DNA from: Clostridia bacterium
GTDB lineage: Bacteria > Bacillota > Clostridia > RGIG6154
DNA length: 64,000 nucleotides
Assembly (NCBI GenBank): GCA_045589295.1
Contig: JAZNOU010000021.1
Coordinates: forward strand, 1-64,000
Direction of reading: 5' to 3'
Part shown: positions 8,942 to 19,210 of the stretch, one piece after another
Numbering within the stretch: the first letter of the stretch is position 1
How the letters are laid out: every line of letters starts with the position of its first letter
Made by a program: the position numbers and the translations under genes
The notes under the pieces: model-generated
What the model was told of the DNA's origin: nothing
Seen by the model: the letters and a program-made list of their open reading frames with translations, nothing else
Databases searched by the model: none

Positions 8942-10087
8942 ATGAAGATACTTGGCATTACATCTGAATACAATCCTTTCCACAACGGTCATAAACATCA
9001 CATTGATTTCTCAAAACACGCACTTTCCCCAGATGCAACTGTTGTTGTAATGAGTGGTAACTTTACACAAAGAGGTGAAATTGCCTGTTTTGACAAGTGG
9101 ACAAGAACAAAGTGTGCACTTTTAAATGGTGCAGACCTTGTTGTTGAACTTCCAACAGAATTTGCTACCTCCTCAGCAGAGCGTTTTGCATACGGGAGTG
9201 TTTATCTCTTGAATGAGATGGGAGCAACTCATATCTCTTTTGGAGCAGAAGACGATATTTGTAAGCTGAATAAAATCGCAGACAGTCTGCTTGATAAAAA
9301 TTTTTCCGTTGAAAAAGGTTCTCCTATCCCATTTCATATTGCAAGACAATCCTCTTTAGATGAAAAAGATATTATCTCCAAACCAAATAATATTTTGGGT
9401 GTGGAATATCTTAAAGCCATAAAATCATTAAACTCTCACATCGAACCGCTTGCTGTAAAAAGGCTGGGTGCAGGATATAACGATACTGAAATTATTGACG
9501 GCACTGCCTCAGCTTCAAAAATTCGTTCTATGATACTAGAAAATGATGCATATGACAATCTCGTTCCTGAAAATGTTAAGCAAATTTATGCAAGCAGCAA
9601 ATTTTTATCTCAAGAAGCCTTGTTTAGTTTGCTTATTTATGCTATTAAATCAAAGGGTGTCACTGAAATACAAAAAATCGCACATATACGTGAGGGTATT
9701 GAAAACAGAATTTTCAAATGTGCATTTAAATCTTCCTCACTTGATGAATTAGTTAAAAACATAAAATCAAAACGTTACACATATACAAGTATTTCAAGAA
9801 TGCTCGTCAGCATTTTACTTGGCATAAAAAAAGATACACTTTGTAATCACCCTGATTACATCCGTGTACTTGGTCTTAATGATAATGGTGCAAAAGCTTT
9901 AAATTATATTAAATCACAAACCAAACTACCTATTATAGCAAAACTTTCAGGTGCAATATCAAATCTTCCACCAAGCGCACAAAAATCGCTTGAGCTTGAT
10001 ATTTTGGCAAGTGACATCTATTATACAATTTCCAAAATTAAAACATCAGGCCACCCTGATTTTATATATTCACCAATAAAAATTTAA
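8942..10087 (+). CDS. tmcAL: tRNA(Met) cytidine acetate ligase (YlbM/TmcAL family)
   Basis: EYNPFHNGH, MSGNFTQRGE, PNNILGVEY, SASKIR, KRYT; GGAG RBS before ATG 8942. Confidence 0.9.
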   Translation: MKILGITSEYNPFHNGHKHHIDFSKHALSPDATVVVMSGNFTQRGEIACFDKWTRTKCALLNGADLVVELPTEFATSSAERFAYGSVYLLNEMGATHISFGAEDDICKLNKIADSLLDKNFSVEKGSPIPFHIARQSSLDEKDIISKPNNILGVEYLKAIKSLNSHIEPLAVKRLGAGYNDTEIIDGTASASKIRSMILENDAYDNLVPENVKQIYASSKFLSQEALFSLLIYAIKSKGVTEIQKIAHIREGIENRIFKCAFKSSSLDELVKNIKSKRYTYTSISRMLVSILLGIKKDTLCNHPDYIRVLGLNDNGAKALNYIKSQTKLPIIAKLSGAISNLPPSAQKSLELDILASDIYYTISKIKTSGHPDFIYSPIKI

Positions 10088-10111
10088 GGTATGCTTTTTA
10101 AAGCATACCTT
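10086..10111. terminator. Bidirectional terminator between tmcAL and prmA
   Basis: AAGGTATGCTT / AAGCATACCTT inverted repeat with T-tract. Confidence 0.75.
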
Positions 10112-10117
10112 TTTTAG

Positions 10118-11083
10118 TTATTTTTTTAACGAAAGTTCACCGCAAGCCCATGCATTTAAACCTGTTACATTGTCAAGTTTAAATCCATATTTCTGAATTT
10201 CATCTAAAACTTCATCTTTTCTTTCAATTATTATTCCAGAAACTATGAGTTTTCCGTCTTCTTTAAGAAATTCTGCAAAATATGGTGCAAAGGCCTTTAG
10301 AACGTCAGCAACAATATTTGCAAATATGTAATCATATTTTTTATGACCTATATTTTTTCTCAAATCCTCATCTAAAGTTATGTCACCACAAAACGTGTCG
10401 AAAGTTTCATCCGAAAATTTATTAATTCCTAAATTTTCGGCAGCAATCCTTATGCTATTTTGGTCAATATCAACCAAATTAGCATGGCTTGCACCAAAAA
10501 GCAAAGCACCAATTGATAGGATCCCGCTACCACACCCTAAATCAAGAACTTCTTTATCCTTTAAATCGTATTTTTGCATTACCTCTAAACACATTTTTGT
10601 AGTTTCATGTGTTCCTGTACCAAAACTCATTCCAGGATCAATCTGAAGTACTTTTCTGTTTTCGGCATTCTCTACTTCTTCCCACGATGGTTTAATCAAA
10701 AGATTTTTCCCAATGTAAAGCGGTTTAAAAAACTGTTTCCAGTTGTTTTCCCAATCCTCCTCTTTAACATTGTTGATCTGCATTTCAAGGCTTCCGTAAA
10801 GATTTTGTTTTTTAAGTTCACAAATTGATTGCTTTAGTGCTGACATCATATCTAATCCTTGTGAATTTTCAGGAAGATATAAAATGATTTTTGTTTCGCA
10901 ATCCTTGAGATACATAAGGTCATCATCAACATAATCCCAATACGTTTGTGTACCCTCTAAAAACTCATTAAAATCATCAGAGTTTTCAATCCTAATACCG
11001 GTTATACCTATATTTAAAAGGTGACCTGTAAGAACCTCGATACCCTCTGAATTTGTAATAATACTAATCTCTGTCCAATTCAT
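10118..11083 (-). CDS. prmA: Ribosomal protein L11 methyltransferase
   Basis: EEDWENNWK, IDPGMSFGTGTHETT, DLGCGSGILS; follows dnaJ. Confidence 0.95.
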   Translation of the reverse strand: MNWTEISIITNSEGIEVLTGHLLNIGITGIRIENSDDFNEFLEGTQTYWDYVDDDLMYLKDCETKIILYLPENSQGLDMMSALKQSICELKKQNLYGSLEMQINNVKEEDWENNWKQFFKPLYIGKNLLIKPSWEEVENAENRKVLQIDPGMSFGTGTHETTKMCLEVMQKYDLKDKEVLDLGCGSGILSIGALLFGASHANLVDIDQNSIRIAAENLGINKFSDETFDTFCGDITLDEDLRKNIGHKKYDYIFANIVADVLKAFAPYFAEFLKEDGKLIVSGIIIERKDEVLDEIQKYGFKLDNVTGLNAWACGELSLKK

Positions 11084-11092
11084 AATCTTACC

Positions 11093-12220
11093 CTATTTAA
11101 AAATGTTTTTAACTTTCTCAAAAAAGTTATTTTTGTTTATATGATTATTTCCGCTGTCAGAATTTTGGAATTCTTTAAGTAAACTCTTTTGTTTCGAAGA
11201 AAGATTTTTTGGAACATCAATAACAACAGTAAACAAGTGGTCGCCTTTTCCAAAAATCTTTTTTATACCCTTACCTTTCAATGTAAAAGTTGTGCCTGTT
11301 TGAGTACCATCAGGAATCTTATACTTTACATTTCCGTGAATTGTAGGCACTTCAATTTCTGAACCTAAGCACGCTTCAACAAACGTTATAGGAACATCAC
11401 AGTATACATTTGCATCACGTCTTTTAAAAATAGGGTGCGGAGCAATTCTGATTCCAATAATAAGATCACCATATGGACCTCCGTTTGCACCAATATTTCC
11501 AAAACCACGTTTTTGCAAATACTGCCCATTGTCTACTCCCTCAGGAATATCAAGTTTTATCTTCTTGTTTTTCTGCACCTTACCCTGACCACTGCATGTA
11601 GGACATGGTGTTTTAACAATTTTACCTTTACCTGCACAATGTGGACACGGTGAAGATGTCATCATATTGCCTAAAATCGTACGTTGCATTCTTTTTATTT
11701 GACCCGTACCTCTGCAATGTTGACAAACTTCAGGAGAAGTTCCTTTTTTAGCGCCAGTACCACCGCAATCAGGACAAGCTTCAACACGCTTAAAACTAAT
11801 TTCTTTCGTTGTTCCAAAAGCCGCCTCTTCAAAAGTAATATTTGCAGTAATTTCTATATCACTACCTTGTCTTGGAGCATTTGAAGATGCAGACGAAGAA
11901 AATCCGCCAAAAAATGAATCAAAAATGTCCCCAAAACCTTCGGCACCAAATCCTCCAAAACCTGCTCCGCCTTGACCGGCACCATAGTTTGGATCAACAC
12001 CTGCGTGACCAAACTGGTCATACCTTGATTTCTTTTCAGGGTTAGAAAGCACTTCGTATGCTTCATTTACTTCTTTAAATTTGGCTTCTGCCTCTTTGTT
12101 GCCAGGGTTCATATCCGGATGGTATTTTTTAGCCTGAGTTCTGAACGCCTTTTTTATATCAGCTTCAGTTGCTCCTTTTGAAACACCCAGCACTTCATAG
12201 TAATCACGTTTATCTGCCAA
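11093..12220 (-). CDS. dnaJ: Chaperone DnaJ
   Basis: J domain HPD, G/F region, four CxxCxGxG repeats; TTG start. Confidence 0.97.
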   Translation of the reverse strand: MADKRDYYEVLGVSKGATEADIKKAFRTQAKKYHPDMNPGNKEAEAKFKEVNEAYEVLSNPEKKSRYDQFGHAGVDPNYGAGQGGAGFGGFGAEGFGDIFDSFFGGFSSSASSNAPRQGSDIEITANITFEEAAFGTTKEISFKRVEACPDCGGTGAKKGTSPEVCQHCRGTGQIKRMQRTILGNMMTSSPCPHCAGKGKIVKTPCPTCSGQGKVQKNKKIKLDIPEGVDNGQYLQKRGFGNIGANGGPYGDLIIGIRIAPHPIFKRRDANVYCDVPITFVEACLGSEIEVPTIHGNVKYKIPDGTQTGTTFTLKGKGIKKIFGKGDHLFTVVIDVPKNLSSKQKSLLKEFQNSDSGNNHINKNNFFEKVKNIFK

Positions 12221-12259
12221 AAGTTATCTACCTTTCAATCATTATTTACATAAGCACCA

Positions 12260-12284
12260 TAAGCGGCTCATAAAAAGCCGCTTA
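12260..12284 (-). other. Intercistronic hairpin between dnaK and dnaJ (partial terminator or mRNA stabiliser)
   Basis: TAAGCGGCT / AGCCGCTTA stem with no U-tract on the sense strand. Confidence 0.55.
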
Positions 12285-12297
12285 CTGAATTTTAAAA

Positions 12298-14097
12298 TTA
12301 CTCGTCGTCTACAACTTCACCCTGAGCTTCATTAGCACCGCCGTTAGGATCCATACCTTCAGGATTTGCCTGCTGATACATTTTTGCAGATATTTCATAA
12401 AATACCTTTGTAAGACCTTCTGTAGCCGCCTTAATTGCCTCAGTGTCTGTTCCTTTGAGAGCTTCTTTAACTTTTTCACATTCTGTTGTGATATTTGCTT
12501 TTTCTTCCTCTGAAATTTTATCTTTCATTTCTTCTAAAGCTTTTTCTGTCTGATACACCAAAGAATCTGCCTGGTTTCTTACTTCAATCTCTTCTTTTTT
12601 CTTTTTGTCCTCTTCAGCATACTGTTCAGCCTCTTTCACTGCTTTATCTATATCTTCGTCAGAAAGATTTGTGCTTGCAGTAATAGTAATTTTCTGTTCT
12701 GCGCCTGTGCCTAAATCTTTTGCTGAAACATTTACGATACCGTTTGCGTCAATATCAAAAGTAACTTCAATCTGCGGTACACCTCTTGGAGCCGGAGCAA
12801 TACCTGTAAGATTAAATCTTCCAAGAGTTTTGTTATATTGCGCCATTTCTCTTTCACCTTGTAAAACGTGAATTTCAACTGATGTCTGACCGTCAGCTGC
12901 AGTAGAGAACACTTGACTCTTCTTTGTAGGGATTGTAGTATTTCTTTCAATAAGTTTTGTGCAAACTCCACCTAAAGTTTCAATACCGAGTGAAAGTGGT
13001 GTAACATCAAGCAAGAGAAGGTCTTTTACATCGCCTGCTAAAACACCGCCCTGAATTGAAGCACCAACTGCTACACATTCATCAGGATTTACACCTTTGT
13101 GAGGCTCTTTACCCATTATATTTTTAACCGCTTCCTGAACTGCAGGAATTCTTGAAGAACCACCAACTAAAATAACTTTATTGATTTCAGAAGCTGAAAG
13201 TCCTGAATCACGAAGTGCATTCTTTGTAGGTTCTATTGTTTTCTGAACTAAATCTGCTGTAAGTTCATCAAACTTTGCTCTTGTAATTGTAATATCTAAA
13301 TGCTTAGGACCTGTTGCATCTGCTGAAATAAATGGTAAGTTTACGTTTGTTGTCATAGCAGATGATAATTCAATTTTTGCTTTTTCAGCAGCTTCTTTAA
13401 GACGCTGTGCAGCCATTTTATCTGCTCTTAAATCAATTCCGTTTTCTTTTTTGAATTCTTCAGCTAAGTAGTCGATAACTTTCTGGTCAAAGTCATCACC
13501 ACCAAGATGGTTATTACCGCTTGTAGCTAAAACTTCAAATACGCCGTCACCAATTTCAAGGATTGAAACGTCAAATGTACCTCCGCCTAAGTCATAAACC
13601 ATAATTTTTTCGCCATTGTCTTTATCAAGACCATAAGCAAGCGCTGCAGCAGTAGGTTCATTAATAATTCTCAAAACTTCAAGTCCTGCAATCTTACCTG
13701 CATCCTTTGTAGCCTGACGTTGTGCATCAGAAAAATATGCAGGAACTGTGATTACAGCCTGTGATACTGTCTCGCCAAGATAGCTTTCTGCATCTGCTTT
13801 TAATTTCTGCAAAACCATTGCTGAAATTTCTTGTGGGGTGTAAGCTTTATCATCAATTGCCACCTTTTTATCTGTACCCATATCTCTTTTAATTGAGATA
13901 ATTGTTCTATCAGGATTTGTAATAGCCTGTCTTTTTGCCACCTGACCAACAAGTCTTTCTCCATCTTTTGTAAAAGCTACTACTGAAGGTGTTGTTCTTG
14001 CACCTTCTGCATTTGTAATAACAGTCGCTTCGCCGCCTTCCATAACAGCTACGCAAGAGTTTGTTGTACCTAAGTCAATACCAATAATTTTTCCCAT
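12298..14097 (-). CDS. dnaK: Chaperone DnaK
   Basis: [35 protein letters not shown]. Confidence 0.98.
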   Translation of the reverse strand: MGKIIGIDLGTTNSCVAVMEGGEATVITNAEGARTTPSVVAFTKDGERLVGQVAKRQAITNPDRTIISIKRDMGTDKKVAIDDKAYTPQEISAMVLQKLKADAESYLGETVSQAVITVPAYFSDAQRQATKDAGKIAGLEVLRIINEPTAAALAYGLDKDNGEKIMVYDLGGGTFDVSILEIGDGVFEVLATSGNNHLGGDDFDQKVIDYLAEEFKKENGIDLRADKMAAQRLKEAAEKAKIELSSAMTTNVNLPFISADATGPKHLDITITRAKFDELTADLVQKTIEPTKNALRDSGLSASEINKVILVGGSSRIPAVQEAVKNIMGKEPHKGVNPDECVAVGASIQGGVLAGDVKDLLLLDVTPLSLGIETLGGVCTKLIERNTTIPTKKSQVFSTAADGQTSVEIHVLQGEREMAQYNKTLGRFNLTGIAPAPRGVPQIEVTFDIDANGIVNVSAKDLGTGAEQKITITASTNLSDEDIDKAVKEAEQYAEEDKKKKEEIEVRNQADSLVYQTEKALEEMKDKISEEEKANITTECEKVKEALKGTDTEAIKAATEGLTKVFYEISAKMYQQANPEGMDPNGGANEAQGEVVDDE

Positions 14098-14115
14098 TTT
14101 ATTTTCCTCCTAAAA

Positions 14116-14598
14116 CTAATTTGCTACTTTAACAACACTGTGTCTTAACACTTTGTCTTTTATCATATAACCTTTTACAAATTCTTCAACAATTTCATTT
14201 TCCCCAAAATTATCATCATCAATATGCATTACAGCATCATGAAAATTAGGATCAAACTTTTCACCAACTGCAACAATTGGTTTAACACCCAAATTATCCA
14301 GTGTATCTATTAGCTGCTTGTATATCATACTTACACCTTGAACAAAATCAGATTTTTCACTTTCATTAATTGAAGCGATTGCTCTGTCAAAATTGTCAAC
14401 CACGGGTAAAATTTGTTCAATTGCAGAACTTAGACCATTGCTGTACGAACCAAGCATTTCTTTTTGCGTTCTTTTTTTGTAATTATCAAAATCCGCATAA
14501 AGTCTTACATATTTATCTTTCCACTCATCAACTTGCACTTGTTCAGTTTCTTCTGTTTCAGTTTCTTCGCAAGCCTTGGTGTTTTCTTTCTCACTCAC
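14116..14598 (-). CDS. grpE: Nucleotide exchange factor GrpE
   Basis: ADFDNYKKR, FDPNFHDAV, KGY-VLRHSVVKV. Confidence 0.95.
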   Translation of the reverse strand: MSEKENTKACEETETEETEQVQVDEWKDKYVRLYADFDNYKKRTQKEMLGSYSNGLSSAIEQILPVVDNFDRAIASINESEKSDFVQGVSMIYKQLIDTLDNLGVKPIVAVGEKFDPNFHDAVMHIDDDNFGENEIVEEFVKGYMIKDKVLRHSVVKVAN

Positions 14599-15643
14599 CT
14601 TTGTTATCCTCCTTCTTTTGTGCTATTTGTTTCATCTTATTGTTTATTATATCGGTAACATAATCCATAAGGGTAACAGCTTTTCTGTAATCCATTCGAT
14701 TTGGACCAATAAGCCCGATAAAACCTTCCATATTATCACTGACCTTATATCTTGAAACTATAAGACTGCAATCTTCAATGGGACTACCCTTTTCACCGAT
14801 TTTAATAACAATTTTTTTATCTTTATCACTCGCACTGTTTATCATTTCAAAAACATCTGAGCGATTAGAAACTAGATTTAAAAACTTCTTTGCCTTTTCA
14901 ACATCTGAGTACTCAGGAAAATTAAAAATATTAGCCTGACCGTTAACATAAATATCATTTTCATTAACAACTTCAACGCAATCCTGCATAAATTTAAACA
15001 CAGCCAGAACAAGTTCAGTTGAAACTCTTGCTTCATTAACAATCCTAATAATATTGTCCATCTGTATCTCAGAAAAATCAATTCCAGCTAAATTGGCATT
15101 AATTGCATTTTCAAGACGATGTAAATCTTCTTCTTCAAATACTTCTTCAAGAATTATTTTCCTGTCTTTTATAATACCCTCATTGGTAATTATTATTGCA
15201 AGAACTACTTTTTTATCAACACTTATAAGCCTAATATTTTTAACAGACCCATACATAAGCCTTGGCCCTACCGCAACAGCGGTATAATTAGTTAACTGTG
15301 ACATAACACCAGAAGTCTTTTTGATTATTTTATCTAAAAAATCAATTTTATCTTCCATCACAGCTTTAAGTACGTTAATTTCCTCGAGAGTAAGACTATA
15401 CTGCGTCATAAGCTCATCAACATATAACCTGTATCCCGCAAGCGAAGGCACTCTTCCTGAAGAAGTGTGCGGTTGATTTAACAATCCAAGTTCCTCTAAG
15501 TCAGACATTTCATTTCTGATTGTCGCAGAACTAAGTCCAAGATTATATTTTTTTTCAATAGTTCTTGAACCAACGGGCTCAGCAGTACTGATATAATCAT
15601 CAACAATAGCTTTTAAAATCAACTTTTTTCTATCGTCAATCAT
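14591..15643 (-). CDS. hrcA: Heat-inducible transcription repressor HrcA
   Basis: EPVGSR, SSATIRNEM, PHTSSGRVPS, IGPNRMDY. Confidence 0.97.
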   Translation of the reverse strand: MIDDRKKLILKAIVDDYISTAEPVGSRTIEKKYNLGLSSATIRNEMSDLEELGLLNQPHTSSGRVPSLAGYRLYVDELMTQYSLTLEEINVLKAVMEDKIDFLDKIIKKTSGVMSQLTNYTAVAVGPRLMYGSVKNIRLISVDKKVVLAIIITNEGIIKDRKIILEEVFEEEDLHRLENAINANLAGIDFSEIQMDNIIRIVNEARVSTELVLAVFKFMQDCVEVVNENDIYVNGQANIFNFPEYSDVEKAKKFLNLVSNRSDVFEMINSASDKDKKIVIKIGEKGSPIEDCSLIVSRYKVSDNMEGFIGLIGPNRMDYRKAVTLMDYVTDIINNKMKQIAQKKEDNKGE

Positions 15644-15661
15644 TTGTCTTCCTCCTTATTA

Positions 15662-15688
15662 TTAGCACTCACACTTTTTGAGTGCTAA
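15662..15688. promoter_or_regulatory. CIRCE operator (HrcA binding site)
   Basis: Perfect TTAGCACTC-N9-GAGTGCTAA directly upstream of hrcA. Confidence 0.98.
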
Positions 15689-15692
15689 TAAT

Positions 15693-15721
15693 AAGATACC
15701 ACTAATTATTTTGTTTGTCAA
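15693..15721 (-). promoter_or_regulatory. SigA promoter of the hrcA-dnaK operon
   Basis: Minus strand TTGACA (15721-15716), 17 bp, TATCTT preceded by TGG (extended -10). Confidence 0.75.
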
Positions 15722-15799
15722 TAGTTTTTCAAAAAAAGTTTGACTATTCCTGACTATTATTTTTTTGTCTTATTATAATACATTATGTAAATTATTGTA

Positions 15800-15828
15800 T
15801 TGAAATACAATTTGATATTTGATATAAT
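15800..15828 (+). promoter_or_regulatory. SigA promoter of the SLH-M15 gene
   Basis: TTGAAA, 17 bp, TATAAT. Confidence 0.7.
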
Positions 15829-15857
15829 AAAAATATCAAAAAGAAAGTGTGGTTAAA

Positions 15858-17225
15858 TTGAAAAAAACATTAATTTTTATACTGATTATACTATTTTCTA
15901 TAAATGTAACCGTATATTCATATCCCATTTATGGTGAGTGGGCTGAACAAGCAATTAGTGATACCATTACCAACCATTTTATTGACAACGATCCTGACAA
16001 AGACTACTACCTACCTATTACTCGCATCGAACTCGCAAAATTAATGACAAATATCCTAAAAAGCCTAGATAAATCAGATCTTATTACATCTTCTATAACT
16101 TTCACAGACACTCAAGACGAAAATGCAGAATTTGTTTCCCAATTAAATATAATGAATGGCTATGGTGACAACACATTTATGCCTGACAATTATACCACCA
16201 GACAGGAAATGTCAAAAATCGTTCTTGCTTTTTATTCTAATATTACCAACACCCCACTTGCTCTTCCTGAAACATTCAGTTGTATTTTTTCAGATTTCAA
16301 CAATTTAAATGAATGGGCAAAACCATACGTTGACAAAGCAACTTCTATCGGTCTTATAAGCGGATATGAAGACAACACATACAGAGGAGAAAAAACTGTT
16401 TCTTGGCAAGAGGTAATTGTTTTACTTGACAGGGTTTACAATCTGAAACAAGAAATATCTTTAGCCGAAAAAACATATAGTGAAGATTTTAAGTTGGTTA
16501 CACAATTAACAGATGGTGTTCTTTACATAAAATGGAACAAAATATACCAGGACAAACCATGCAGTGTAAAAATCACCGAGCAAAGATTATCACGTTATGA
16601 GGGCGATATTCCTCCTAACACACCTATTGAATTTTCTTTCAATGAAGAAACGGAGTTTTTATTTAACATCAATCCTAACAAAAAATACACAGTTCATCTT
16701 TACAGTGAAGACAAGTACTGTGAAAAAGAATTTTTCACACCAAAACTTTTATTTGATGACATGAACAGCATTTCAAGCACCTACCCAACCTCACAGGAAG
16801 AGGCTGAAGCTTTAATGACAGAAATAACTGTTCCAATATGGAAACTGGTTAACAACCAAAAAGTTTCTTCACAAGCAACATTTAAAGTCCACAATTTAAT
16901 CGCAGAAAAAATCTCATTAGTATTTAGAGAAATTTTTGAGGGTCCCGAAAAATTTCCTATAAAAGATGTTAATTGCTATACATGGCGCGGTGGTAAAACC
17001 GAACACAACGGCGGAACGGCAATAGACATTAACAGTAACGAAAACTACTGCATATACAACGACGGAACTACAATTGGCTCATATTGGAAACCACATGAAG
17101 ACCCATATTCTATCACCCCTTACGGCGATGTAGTGAGAGCATTCGAAAAATATGGATTTACATGGGGTGGAGATTCCTGGTTAAATCCAAAAGATTATAT
17201 GCATTTTTCTTATTTAGGAACATAA
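15858..17225 (+). CDS. SLH-domain surface protein with C-terminal M15-family zinc peptidase
   Basis: Signal peptide; SLH motifs (ITRIELAK, IMNGYGDNTFMPDNYTTRQE, LISGYEDNTYRG); EHNGGTAIDIN, GFTWGG, DYMHF zinc motifs; start TTG 15858 or GTG 15849. Confidence 0.85.
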   Translation: MKKTLIFILIILFSINVTVYSYPIYGEWAEQAISDTITNHFIDNDPDKDYYLPITRIELAKLMTNILKSLDKSDLITSSITFTDTQDENAEFVSQLNIMNGYGDNTFMPDNYTTRQEMSKIVLAFYSNITNTPLALPETFSCIFSDFNNLNEWAKPYVDKATSIGLISGYEDNTYRGEKTVSWQEVIVLLDRVYNLKQEISLAEKTYSEDFKLVTQLTDGVLYIKWNKIYQDKPCSVKITEQRLSRYEGDIPPNTPIEFSFNEETEFLFNINPNKKYTVHLYSEDKYCEKEFFTPKLLFDDMNSISSTYPTSQEEAEALMTEITVPIWKLVNNQKVSSQATFKVHNLIAEKISLVFREIFEGPEKFPIKDVNCYTWRGGKTEHNGGTAIDINSNENYCIYNDGTTIGSYWKPHEDPYSITPYGDVVRAFEKYGFTWGGDSWLNPKDYMHFSYLGT

Positions 17226-17255
17226 AAAAATCACCGCAATTAGCGGTGATTTTTT
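17225..17255. terminator. Bidirectional terminator
   Basis: AAAAAATCACCGC / GCGGTGATTTTTT between convergent genes. Confidence 0.8.
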
Positions 17256-17263
17256 ATGCATAA

Positions 17264-18880
17264 TTATTTATTTTTTGTAAGTGATTTAATTACAAACAAT
17301 GTAGTAATCAAAACAACAATTGCAATTGGAAGCAAAACAAATGCATTCTGGATAAAAGCTGCTAAAACGTATGCAACAAAAGACACTGCTGCAACTGTGA
17401 TTGCATACGGAAGCTGTGTTGATACGTGGTTAATATGATTACACTGAGCACCTGCTGATGACATAATTGTTGTATCAGAAATTGGTGAGCAGTGGTCGCC
17501 GCAAACTGCACCTGCAAGGCATGCAGACATACCAATAATTAAAAGCTCGCTTGTAGGATCGAAAATTGCAGCAACAATCGGAATTAATATACCAAAAGTC
17601 CCCCATGATGTACCTGTTGCAAAAGCAAGAACACAAGCAACTAAGAAGATAATTGCAGGTAAGAAATTAGCAAGACCTGCAGCAGCAGATTTCATTAAAA
17701 TATCAACGTATTCTGCTGCACCTAAAAGACTTGTCATATTTTTTAGTGCTGTTGCGAATGTAAGGATTAAAATAGCCGGAACCATTGCTACAAAACCCTT
17801 AGGAATACATTCCATAGCTTCTTTAAATGTAACAACCCTTCTTACAACAAGATAGATAATTGTTATAACAAGTGCAATCAAAGCACCCCAAGGAAGTCCG
17901 ACAGTTGCATCAGTATTACCAAATGCAGTGATAAAATCATCCCCTGCAAAGAAGCCACCAACATATAAAAGACCAAGCACGCAAATAACAACTAAAGAAA
18001 TTACCGGAAAAATAAGATCAATAACTTTACCTCTTGAATTAACCTCTTCAGCAACAGTTGATTCAGCTTTTTCACCGCATGTATACAAGTCGTTGTTATT
18101 TATAGCGTTAAACTCATGGAGTTTCATCGGACCATAGTCTAACTTCATAACTGCAATCGCAACGACAAACACAAGTGTCAAAAGTGAATAGAAGTTGTAT
18201 GGAATTGCACGAACAAAAAGTTCAATTCCTGAGTAGCCAGTTCCTTCTGTAAATTCAGAAACCGCCGCAGCCCATGAGGATACCGGTGCAATCATACAAA
18301 TAGGCGCTGCAGTTGCATCAATAATAAATGCAAGTTTAGCACGTGAAATCTTGTGTCTGTCTGTAACAGGTCTCATAACACTGCCAACAGTAAGGCAATT
18401 GAAGTAGTCATCAATAAAAATAAGTACGCCCAAAAGGAAAGTTGCAAGGATTGCACCTACTCTAGATTTGATATGAGTTTCCGCCCATTTACCAAAAGCA
18501 GCCGAACCGCCTGCCTTATTAACAAGTGCAACAATAATACCAAGTATTACTAAAAACACAAAAATGCCCGCTGTTCCGGCTGTTGCAGCAATAATACCTT
18601 CGTTTAAAAGGTTGTCCATTGCCATAACGGGTTGCCAGTTAGCTGAAAGCAAACCACCAAGCACTATACCTACAAACAATGAAGAATAAACTTCTTTTGT
18701 GATAAGTGCAAGACCGATAGCAACAATCGGCGGAATTAACGCCCAAAATGTTGAAAAATACTTGCTCTGGAATTCCTCAGCTTCGCTGCCATCAGCAAAA
18801 GCAACGCATGACAAAGTAATAACAAAAGTCATAACAACGAGGATTGCCAAAAATAATTTTTTGTTTGAAAATAATTTCAT
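17264..18880 (-). CDS. NhaC-family transporter, probable lysine transporter (LysW-like)
   Basis: IFIDDYFN, DATAAP, TGTSWGTF, GDHCSPISDTT motifs; upstream lysine riboswitch. Confidence 0.88.
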   Translation of the reverse strand: MKLFSNKKLFLAILVVMTFVITLSCVAFADGSEAEEFQSKYFSTFWALIPPIVAIGLALITKEVYSSLFVGIVLGGLLSANWQPVMAMDNLLNEGIIAATAGTAGIFVFLVILGIIVALVNKAGGSAAFGKWAETHIKSRVGAILATFLLGVLIFIDDYFNCLTVGSVMRPVTDRHKISRAKLAFIIDATAAPICMIAPVSSWAAAVSEFTEGTGYSGIELFVRAIPYNFYSLLTLVFVVAIAVMKLDYGPMKLHEFNAINNNDLYTCGEKAESTVAEEVNSRGKVIDLIFPVISLVVICVLGLLYVGGFFAGDDFITAFGNTDATVGLPWGALIALVITIIYLVVRRVVTFKEAMECIPKGFVAMVPAILILTFATALKNMTSLLGAAEYVDILMKSAAAGLANFLPAIIFLVACVLAFATGTSWGTFGILIPIVAAIFDPTSELLIIGMSACLAGAVCGDHCSPISDTTIMSSAGAQCNHINHVSTQLPYAITVAAVSFVAYVLAAFIQNAFVLLPIAIVVLITTLFVIKSLTKNK

Positions 18881-18927
18881 CCCAAACTCCTCCTTAAAAA
18901 AATGCTTAAAATCTAATACTTTCTAAA

Positions 18928-18959
18928 TAAAAAAACACAAGAGTGCATTGCGCTCTTGT
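18928..18959 (-). terminator. Expression-platform terminator of the lysine riboswitch
   Basis: Minus strand ACAAGAGCGC-AAT-GCACTCTTGT followed by G and a T-tract. Confidence 0.75.
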
Positions 18960-18980
18960 ATTTAAGTTTACTTGAAGAAA

Positions 18981-19136
18981 GATAGCGCTCCACATTAATA
19001 GTGACAGTACGCCGCATATTATACGGAATACCAGCAACAAAGACTTGGCAAATCTTTGAAACTTCGGCGATAATTCCTTTCACATATTCAAAGTGCCGTT
19101 TACTAAAATGCTACTGATAATTACCGCGCCTCTATC
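18981..19136 (-). ncRNA. Lysine riboswitch (L-box)
   Basis: Minus strand GATAGAGGCGCG...AGTA...GAAAGG...GCCGAA...CTGTC...GGAGCGCTATC with closing P1; SigA promoter TTGACA(19192)-17-TAACAT upstream. Confidence 0.95.
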
Positions 19137-19210
19137 AAATATTAAATTTTAATGATTAACTAAATGTTAACATAGTTTACAAAATGTGTCAAGACATTTT
19201 ACGACAAAAA

